Assembly (NCBI GenBank): GCA_028532855.1
Contig: JAQQAL010000044.1
Span: forward strand, 14,334 to 78,333
DNA from: Candidatus Thalassospirochaeta sargassi
GTDB lineage: Bacteria > Spirochaetota > Spirochaetia > UBA9216
DNA: 64,000 nucleotides
Direction: 5' to 3'
Below are positions 9,064 to 20,570 of the stretch, in pieces (within the stretch, counting starts at the first letter, position 1; each line of letters begins with the position of its first letter). The notes beneath the pieces are model-generated. The model did not search any database, was not told the origin of the DNA, and saw nothing but the letters and a program-made list of their open reading frames with translations. Made by a program: the position numbers and the translations under genes.

Positions 9064-9098
9064 GCCGGTACTGATTCGTCAGTGCCGGCTCTTTTTTT
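9064..9098 (+). terminator. Rho-independent terminator after glnA
   Basis: GCCGGTACTGA-TTCG-TCAGTGCCGGC followed by a T-run. Confidence 0.85.
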
Positions 9099-9346
9099 AT
9101 TAATCGTGGTAAATTAATGCTCTGCCCTTTTGTTCAATCCGTCTGTAGAGCTCTATGGAAGCTGTTATACGTGATTTCGAAATCGGTTCAATGTTAGCCG
9201 TCGGAGGACTCTCTGAAGGTGTATTTGTGCTGGGCGGAATCTGGAATTAATTGAGGTTAAAGAATTTGCCGGAGAGCCTGCGGCAATTAATACCTGATGT
9301 TCATGCATCTTTGTTTAAACCGGGGCTGTGATGGTTCCGGTTTTTG

Positions 9347-9396
9347 TTGACTTCGTGCACACGTTTGCATTATACTGACTAATGCAAACGTGTGCA
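9347..9396 (+). promoter_or_regulatory. sigma70 promoter (TTGACT-N18-TATACT) with two inverted LacI-type operators
   Basis: 17-bp perfect inverted repeat TGCACACGTTTGCATTA (9356-9372) / TAATGCAAACGTGTGCA (9380-9396). Each arm is itself a CG-centred quasi-palindrome. Confidence 0.8.
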
Positions 9397-9419
9397 TAAT
9401 CCAGTACCGGGAGGAGCCT

Positions 9420-10454
9420 CTGACAATTAAGGAACTGGCAAAGATCGCCGGTCTGAATCATTCTACAGTATCCCGCAGCCTCAATAACAGTCCGCTCATA
9501 TCCGATGAGACCAAGAAGCGGGTCTTGAAGCTTGCCGAGGAATATGATTTTGAACTCAATGCAAGTGCACGCGGGATGCGAACCAATAAAACAGGCACAA
9601 TCGGAGTAATTTTTCCCGTCATACGGGATCGTTACCGTGATATGCAGTATCTCGGAAGTCTTATGAATACCCTTCGATATACCATTGAAGAAGAGCAGTA
9701 CGACAGTATTATTACCATGCCTGTTAACCCGGTGACAGGGAAAAGCAATATCAGAAAGCTGATACAGCAGCATAAGGTTGACGGTCTGCTGCTTGTACTT
9801 CAGGATCTTGAAGCTGATGACAGGGAAATACTTGAAGAGTCGAAGATGCCCTTTGTCTCCCTGCATTTTAAATGGCAGAGCGGATATAAAGCTGATGATA
9901 ATTATGTTTATCCTGATAATTATAAAGGGGGGTATCTTGCAGCCGAATGTCTGCTCGATACCGGATGCCGGAAATTGATTACCCTTACTGAACCAGGCGG
10001 ACTGTATGAGTTTGAGGAGCGAACCAGAGGGTATTTAAAAGCTCAGCGCGACAGGGGTATAGATGCGGCCGAAAACTGTATTTTTTTTGGCGAAACAGGC
10101 TTTGATTTCGGCTACAGCTTCATTATGGAAAACCTGTCTCTGCTCAGAGATGTCGACGGAATCTTTGCTCAGGCTGATATGAATGCAATCGGTGTTATTG
10201 AGGCGTTGAAAGAATCGGGATTGCGGGTGCCCGGGGATATTGCGGTAGTCGGATACGATGATATTGATATTGATTATTTTTTTAAACCCAGACTTACTAC
10301 AATACATCAGCCGCGGGAAGAGTATACCGAAATAGCATGCAGGAAGCTTATCGAACTAATCGAAAATAAAGAAGAAACTCAGCTTGTGCAGAGAGTGATA
10401 GAACCGAATTTATTGATTCGTGAATCTTGTGTAAATAAGGATGAAATAAAATGA
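9420..10454 (+). CDS. LacI-family transcriptional regulator (probable CTG start)
   Basis: TIKELAKIAGLNHSTVSRSLN HTH, VPGDIAVVGYDD, LTTIHQP, LLIRESC. GGGAGGAG directly precedes CTG 9420. Confidence 0.9.
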   Translation: MTIKELAKIAGLNHSTVSRSLNNSPLISDETKKRVLKLAEEYDFELNASARGMRTNKTGTIGVIFPVIRDRYRDMQYLGSLMNTLRYTIEEEQYDSIITMPVNPVTGKSNIRKLIQQHKVDGLLLVLQDLEADDREILEESKMPFVSLHFKWQSGYKADDNYVYPDNYKGGYLAAECLLDTGCRKLITLTEPGGLYEFEERTRGYLKAQRDRGIDAAENCIFFGETGFDFGYSFIMENLSLLRDVDGIFAQADMNAIGVIEALKESGLRVPGDIAVVGYDDIDIDYFFKPRLTTIHQPREEYTEIACRKLIELIENKEETQLVQRVIEPNLLIRESCVNKDEIK

Positions 10455-12109
10455 ATATAGAAATCGAGAGAAAGTGGTGGAAGGAGTCGGTTGTTTATCA
10501 GATATATCCGCGGAGTTTTTACGATTCAAACGGTGATGGTATAGGTGACCTGCGCGGCATAATTGAGAAGATTGATTATATCGCATCCCTCGGGGTCGAT
10601 GTCATATGGCTGAACCCGGTTTATAAATCACCTAACGATGATAACGGATACGACATCAGCGATTATCGGGATATTATGGACGAGTTTGGTACCATGGCTG
10701 ATTGGGTGGAGCTTCTTGATAGGGTCCATCAGGCCGGAATGAAACTGATTATGGATCTGGTTGTTAATCATACCTCTGATGAACACGAGTGGTTTATTGA
10801 ATCGCGTTCTTCCCTCGATAACGAGTATCGTGATTACTACATCTGGCGTGACGGGATAGATGGTAACCCTCCAAATGACTGGCTTGCTCATTTTTCCGGT
10901 AGTGCATGGGAATTTGATGAAAAAACCGGGCAGTATTTTCTCCATCTGTTTACCAGGCGACAGCCTGATTTAAACTGGGAAAATGAAAAGGTTAGAGCCG
11001 GTGTTCACGATATCATGAAATTCTGGCTTGAAAAAGGAATCGACGGATTCCGTATTGATACTATCAATATGTTTTCAAAGGTGCCGGGGCTTCCGCCTGT
11101 TGAAGCAGCAGACGGCAAGCTCCGCTGGGGTGGAGAATTTTTCATGAACGGACCTCGAATCCACGAGTTTATACATGAGATGAATGAAAAAGTCCTGGCA
11201 GGATACGATGTAATGACCGTAGGCGAATGCCCGGATGTAACACCCGAAATGGCCATTGATTACGTCGGTCCCGAGCGAAAAGAGCTGAATATGCTTTTTC
11301 AGTTTGAACACATGAGTGTTGATCATCCGCATGAAGACAAATGGGATATCAGGCCCTTTGATCTTGTCCGATTCAAAGAGATTATCAGTAAGTGGCAGAT
11401 AGAGCTTCATGGACGCGGATGGAACAGTAATTACCTGATGAATCATGATCAACCCAGATCAGTTTCCCGTTTTGGCGATGATGGAAAATACCGGGTTGAA
11501 TCAGCAAAAATGCTTCTTACATTTCTTATGACCCTTGAAGGTACTACCTACATCTATCAGGGCGAAGAAATAGGTATGATTAACTCAGGGCTGGACAGGA
11601 TTGAAGATTACCGCGATGTTGAGGTCCTCAATCATTACAAGGAAGCTGTAAGGGGCGGTAAAGACCTTGAAGAGGTTATTGAATCCTATATGAAGATGTC
11701 GCGTGACAATTCCCGGACCCCCATGCAGTGGTCGAAAGAGCCGAATGCAGGGTTTTCAACCGTTGAACCATGGATAAAGCCGGGGGTAAGCTGGCGGGAG
11801 ATCAATGTTGAAAATGATTTGGAATCACCTGATTCAATCATCAAATTCTTCAGGCAGCTTGTGAAGATAAGAAAGGAAAATCTGACCCTTATCTACGGTG
11901 AATTTGAGCAGCTCATGCCTGATGATCAGGACCTGTTTATATACAGGAGATTCATGGACGACGAGGTATATCTTTCGATTTTGAATTTCAGTGCAGATAA
12001 CCATGACCTCACAATTCTTCCTGATCATGCGCAGCTGCTGCTTGGCAACTATAATGATGAAACAGAATGGCTACGGCCCTATGAAGCAAGGATATATAGA
12101 ATTCGTTGA
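10451..12109 (+). CDS. GH13 oligo-1,6-glucosidase / alpha-glucosidase
   Basis: WWKESVVYQIYPRSF, DNGYD, DLVVNHTS, QPDLNW, GIDGFRID, NHDQPR, SRDNSRTPMQW. Confidence 0.93.
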   Translation: MNIEIERKWWKESVVYQIYPRSFYDSNGDGIGDLRGIIEKIDYIASLGVDVIWLNPVYKSPNDDNGYDISDYRDIMDEFGTMADWVELLDRVHQAGMKLIMDLVVNHTSDEHEWFIESRSSLDNEYRDYYIWRDGIDGNPPNDWLAHFSGSAWEFDEKTGQYFLHLFTRRQPDLNWENEKVRAGVHDIMKFWLEKGIDGFRIDTINMFSKVPGLPPVEAADGKLRWGGEFFMNGPRIHEFIHEMNEKVLAGYDVMTVGECPDVTPEMAIDYVGPERKELNMLFQFEHMSVDHPHEDKWDIRPFDLVRFKEIISKWQIELHGRGWNSNYLMNHDQPRSVSRFGDDGKYRVESAKMLLTFLMTLEGTTYIYQGEEIGMINSGLDRIEDYRDVEVLNHYKEAVRGGKDLEEVIESYMKMSRDNSRTPMQWSKEPNAGFSTVEPWIKPGVSWREINVENDLESPDSIIKFFRQLVKIRKENLTLIYGEFEQLMPDDQDLFIYRRFMDDEVYLSILNFSADNHDLTILPDHAQLLLGNYNDETEWLRPYEARIYRIR

Positions 12110-12121
12110 CGGAGTGCGGAT

Positions 12122-16026
<3,905 letters not shown>

Positions 16027-16089
16027 GAAACCGAAAAAGCTTAAAAAATTACTTAGTAAAATTGTCCGGTTTGTATTACAATCAGAATT

Positions 16090-17019
16090 ATGGAAGGACG
16101 TAACCCGACTATTATAGTCCCGTTCTCTCCCGCTGATTCAGCGGAGGTCTGCCGTGATGTTTTTGTGTATCTGCGACCCGAATCTAACGGCATTGAGGTC
16201 GAAAGTCTGATAATGCAGGCTATCCGTGCGGAAAACCTTAAAGACAGCGTTAAACTCTCATATCTTGCAAACCTGCCGGGAGATTTTATAGCATCGAAGG
16301 GGCTGATAGAGCATCATTACCGAATCAGACTTCTTTTTGCTGTAAAAGGAAAAAATCTGTTCACCCGGCACATGAAGAAGGTCTTTAAATCCTATTTCAG
16401 ATGCTCTTTCGACAAGGCTGATATATTAGGCCCCTATGAAGCCATGAAAAGGCTCGGGGTGGATGAAGAAACCCTGTTCAAAACCTGGGTCAAGCCGTCA
16501 AATATGCTTAATATAAACGGTCAGTCAATTAAGAAAATAAATAACCTTTTTGTTCTGAACTATGATATTCCGGCTCTGCTGAAAAAGAACGACATCAACA
16601 CAGATATAGCCGTAATGATTTTCAGATGCTGCCGTAAGGATGAAGATATACATTATATGATAGATGCCATAGAGGCGCAGCTGAAGTCCAGGGGTATTGT
16701 AAATGTCATGAACCCATCAAGCCGAATCTTTCATTACTCAAAGGGGCCGTTTGAAGAGCTGCTGGACTGCAGCGGGTTCCTTTATAACAGCGATTTGAAA
16801 AATATACCGCTTTCAGAGGTTACCTTCGGTCGATATCTGCTGGAAAACGGTGTGGAAATAGAGCAGATCGAAGGCGCACTCTACCACCCAATCATGTATT
16901 TCAAACCTGATAATGGCAGTTTTGTAGAGAATGATATCTACAGCTATACGAAGGACCTTAGTTACGCGGAAGCCCTTGAGCGGTTTAAGACAGTATTTTT
17001 GCAGAGGGTTATTCAATAG
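16090..17019 (+). CDS. Hypothetical protein, possibly a divergent nucleoside-diphosphate-kinase-like fold
   Basis: 309-aa ORF with VFVYLRPE, LIEHHY and FHYSKGPFE, reminiscent of atypical NDK-like proteins (recalled motif similarity only). Confidence 0.55.
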   Translation: MEGRNPTIIVPFSPADSAEVCRDVFVYLRPESNGIEVESLIMQAIRAENLKDSVKLSYLANLPGDFIASKGLIEHHYRIRLLFAVKGKNLFTRHMKKVFKSYFRCSFDKADILGPYEAMKRLGVDEETLFKTWVKPSNMLNINGQSIKKINNLFVLNYDIPALLKKNDINTDIAVMIFRCCRKDEDIHYMIDAIEAQLKSRGIVNVMNPSSRIFHYSKGPFEELLDCSGFLYNSDLKNIPLSEVTFGRYLLENGVEIEQIEGALYHPIMYFKPDNGSFVENDIYSYTKDLSYAEALERFKTVFLQRVIQ

Positions 17020-17069
17020 AGAATTCTGATAAACTAAGTTATAATGAATTGTGATTTAAAGGAGTATTT

Positions 17070-18601
17070 ATGAAACGATTGCTGCTCTGTTTTCTTGTAC
17101 TTGCTTTGTCCATCCCCCTGTTTGCAAATGATAAACCCCTGCTTGCCGTAACCGCTATTACCGCCAACGGAGTTGCTGAGGCTGATGCAACCGCCTGTCG
17201 CTCTATTGTTGAAACCGCACTTTTTAAACCGAACTTTTTACAGTCCTGAGTTATAATGATATGCAGGAAATTCTCGATGCGCAGGCCTTCTCTCTGTCCG
17301 GATGTACAGACGATTCATGCGCTATTGAGGTTGGTAAGCTGCTTGCCGCTGAAAATATCGTACTCGGTGAATTGTCTGCAATCGGAAGTGTCTATAACCT
17401 CGCAATACGGCTTATAGATGTCGGTTCAAGCCAGACCCTCGGGGCCGAGGTTGTAAGCTTCGCATCGCTTGACGAGATGCAGGAAGCGGTATTTTCTGCA
17501 TCTTATAAAATGGCCGGCCTTAAATACGAGGGGGACACCTCAGTATCGATCGATGTAGCCGGTGAAATCTATGTCTCTGCAGCTGATGATCAGTCTCTTG
17601 AAGTCTTTCTTGACGGAGAGAGTGTAGGATTCACTCCGATTCTGCTTGAAGGCGTACCATTCGGAGCCCATCTTGTCGAGGTTAAATCCGCTGATAGTAC
17701 TTTTACGAAAGAAGTTACCATCCTGTCTAAGGACATTGTTGAGGTTGAAGCGGACATCCGCCTGCTCACGGGAAATGTTATTCTGACTGTAATACCGAAA
17801 GATGCGGAAGGCTTTGAAATCAAGGTTGATAATTTCGTTATGAAAAAAGGCTTGAACAAAGGGGTTCCTGCAGGCCAAAAAACAATCCATGCCGAAGGCA
17901 GCGGCTGGTTTTTTCTTGATGAGTTTGATATCGAACCGGAAGTTACTTCAAGGATTACAATTGAACTTGTAGCCGGAGGATATCTTGAGATACTGGGGGT
18001 TGAAGAGGCAACAGCCGAGGCTGTGAACGCCGAAGGCGCCGTCGTTCCGGTTAATGTAAACGCAACAAACACCCTGGCTCCGGGGAAATATACGGTTACG
18101 GTTTTTCACAGTGATTATGAAGACAGTGTTTCGGAGGTCGAAATTGTTCGGGATGAAACCCTGAAGATTGAACAGGAGTTGGAGTATACCGAAAATTATT
18201 TCAGGCGCCAGGATATAGCAGCTCTTGAAAAAAGGCTGGCTGAGGTTAAGGATAATACCAAATTCTGGAAAGGCTCAAGCTGGTTCTGGGGTTCAATTGC
18301 CGCAGCCGGGCTTTCAGTTGTCGGAACCGGGGAGTATATGATCTCTACGGCAACGGAAGAGCTCACGGATTTGGCGGCGCAGTATGATGCGGCAACCACC
18401 CAGGCTGATATCGACAGCCTCGGCGCTGCAATAACGGAGGAAGAAGACAGTATTTTTATGTGGCGCGAGTACCGTGATACGGCAATATACATAGGGGCAC
18501 CTGCGGCAGGGCTCACACTGTTTTCCGTTCTTCTGGCAGGTCGTGAGGCCCGCATAGAACGAAAGATTACAAGACTGCAGGAGGCTATGGATGAAGAATA
18601 G
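17070..18601 (+). pseudogene. Secreted PEGA-domain protein split by a 1-nt frameshift near 17226-17229
   Basis: AAGGAG RBS + ATG 17070 gives MKRLLLCFLVLALSIPLFA (signal peptide)...VETALFK, then a stop. The -1 frame continues TELFTVLSYNDMQEILDAQ into the 446-aa ORF, which has GCTDDSCAIEVGKLL and PEGA motif VFLDGESVGFTP. Confidence 0.75.
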
Positions 18602-19625
18602 AGTTGTCGGTTTATTAATTCTGATTTTAATAGTTTTCGCCGCCTGTGATTTCTTTGATTCCTCCGCTGCTGATGAGGCCATACTTGCAGCCGACAGGGA
18701 CAATTCTCTTGATAATGATTTCTGGGAACGCAAGACAACCTTCCCCGGTGAAAAAAGAGCAAATGCCGTCCTGTTTGAACGTGACGGGCTTATTTACTAT
18801 GGCCTCGGACACCATGAGGATGATAATGCACTCATCGATATGTGGACGTATGATCCGGATACCGAGAGCTGGGTTGAGCTGGATATAAGTCCGCCGGCTC
18901 GAGGCGACGATTCTTGTACGATCTATGAATATAACAACTATGTATATATAGTTGAGGGCTGGAACCATGATACTGTCTGGGAATATGACGTTGATGCTGC
19001 CTCTATTACCCTGTCTACACTGAATTTCAGTATCATTTCTGAAGAAGGTTTGACCTCGGCATGGACGGACAGTTTAGTCCTGTTTGGGACTGCAAGCTAC
19101 GGCAATTATGAATGGTGGAGTTATTCTCCTTCAACCGAGAGTCTTGAGATGACGAAAGAATCTTCTTTAACTGAAAACTACGGTTTAAGAAGCCCCGCAT
19201 TTTTCACAATCGGCGACGATATATACACCGGCGGTGGAAAATGTCCCGTTGATCAGTCTGAAGATGCAGACGATGATGGTGTAGAAACAACTGCGGTGCT
19301 GGATTTTTATAAGTTTGATACTCTTACTGAAAACTGGTCTGAGATTGCATCCCTTCCTGAGTCTGCCGGATGGGTGGGAAAAGGGTTTGCTATCGACGGT
19401 ACAGGTTATGTGCTTGATGAATACGGGAAGCTTTTCTCTTATTCCACGGCCAATGATGAATGGACGGAGCTTGCCGCGTTTCCGGATGATTATCCCCTGG
19501 ATTATCACAACAGTACCTTTGTTGTCTGTAACGGTTCTGCATATTTCTTACGCCAGTGGATGGGGTTCGGAGATGGTCTTTGGCCCGGAAACTTTTCGGG
19601 ATATCTGTATAAATACACCCCTTAA
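18591..19625 (+). CDS. Kelch-repeat beta-propeller lipoprotein
   Basis: Lipobox FAAC. Repeated YYGLG...DMWTYDP.TESW and YTGGG...DFYKFD..TENW units. Confidence 0.75.
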   Translation: MKNRVVGLLILILIVFAACDFFDSSAADEAILAADRDNSLDNDFWERKTTFPGEKRANAVLFERDGLIYYGLGHHEDDNALIDMWTYDPDTESWVELDISPPARGDDSCTIYEYNNYVYIVEGWNHDTVWEYDVDAASITLSTLNFSIISEEGLTSAWTDSLVLFGTASYGNYEWWSYSPSTESLEMTKESSLTENYGLRSPAFFTIGDDIYTGGGKCPVDQSEDADDDGVETTAVLDFYKFDTLTENWSEIASLPESAGWVGKGFAIDGTGYVLDEYGKLFSYSTANDEWTELAAFPDDYPLDYHNSTFVVCNGSAYFLRQWMGFGDGLWPGNFSGYLYKYTP

Positions 19626-19630
19626 AAAGT

Positions 19631-19668
19631 AAAAAAAGAGCCCCTCAGGTTGCTCAGGTCTGAGGGGC
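19631..19668 (-). terminator. Terminator downstream of hsp20 (possibly bidirectional)
   Basis: GCCCCTCAG...CTGAGGGGC stem flanked by A-runs on the + strand. Confidence 0.65.
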
Positions 19669-19821
19669 AAGGTAAAAAAATTATTGGAGGGAGAATGGAT
19701 TATTCCTTTTGGAGGAGGATTGGAATCCTTTAAGAAGAAAATGGCTTTTTTCTCCTTAAAGAATTCGGAGTTCCCTAATCCGGGGGAACTCCGGGATTTG
19801 ATCATCAATTCATCAACACTT

Positions 19822-20274
19822 CTATTTGACTTTGATGTCAATCTTCTTCGGTTCAGCCTTAGGAACCTTCGGGATGTTCAATGTAAGAAGTCCGTTCTCA
19901 AATGATGCCTCTATATTTTCCTTATCTACGTCCTTTGGGAGAACGAAGGTTCTTGTAAAGCTTCTTCCGCTTCTCTCGTGCATGATGTAGCGTACTGATT
20001 CTTTCTTCTCTTCCTTCTTCTCATCTTTTGCATCCTTCAATTCGGCTGCTGAGACAGTAAGAAGATTGTTGTCCACCTTGATCTCTACATCATCTTTTCC
20101 GTATCCGGGGAGTTCGATGCTCAGTTCAAAACTTCCTTCTTTTTCAACAGCATCTACTGCTGGATATCTTGAAGCCTTTGCTGAGCTTCCGCTTCCGATC
20201 ATTGATTCCATCATTCTGTCCATTTCGTCGAAAACATTTACTCTTCCGGGTCTGTAGGTTGCTACTCTAGTCAT
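19822..20274 (-). CDS. Hsp20 / alpha-crystallin small heat-shock protein
   Basis: PAVD..E, IELPGY.KDDVEI, ERSGRSFTRTFVLP, ASFENGLLTLNIPK and C-terminal IDI motif. AAGGAG RBS. Confidence 0.93.
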   Translation of the reverse strand: MTRVATYRPGRVNVFDEMDRMMESMIGSGSSAKASRYPAVDAVEKEGSFELSIELPGYGKDDVEIKVDNNLLTVSAAELKDAKDEKKEEKKESVRYIMHERSGRSFTRTFVLPKDVDKENIEASFENGLLTLNIPKVPKAEPKKIDIKVK

Positions 20275-20319
20275 ATCTAATCTCCTTAAAAGTTGATTTT
20301 CTTTTACACTAATAGATAA

Positions 20320-20336
20320 TGCATGAAGCGTGCCAA
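20320..20336 (-). promoter_or_regulatory. sigma-54 (-24/-12) promoter of hsp20
   Basis: Minus strand TTGGCACGCTTCATGCA (GG-N10-GC), about 45 bp upstream of the ATG. Confidence 0.8.
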
Positions 20337-20570
20337 AAAACTGTTTTTATATGAAAAAAAGAGAAAAATCTTATAAAATCTTACATTGTAAGTAATTATT
20401 CTCTTGTGAGTAATTTTAACGTTCAACAAATGAACGTTGCCGATTGCCTTCTTAGGTGTGTAGTGTGTCAAAATGACAATGCGGAAATTTCTTCTTGCTA
20501 AACTGTGTTATTTTGACCCATAGATTGAAAATTCCTTGCCAAAAAGGGTCAAAGAGGTGAAAATGATCTA

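Noticed and set aside
9100-9310. Possible small ORF or sRNA after the glnA terminator
   Set aside because: Only a ~47-codon minus-strand frame without an RBS or recognisable motif, and no convincing structure.
17220-17230. Programmed -1 frameshift at TTTAAAC
   Set aside because: The heptamer is out of phase with the upstream frame, and slippage would expose a TAA stop.
20275-20570. CIRCE/HrcA or ROSE control of hsp20
   Set aside because: No TTAGCACTC-N9-GAGTGCTAA, and the predicted leader is short and AT-rich.
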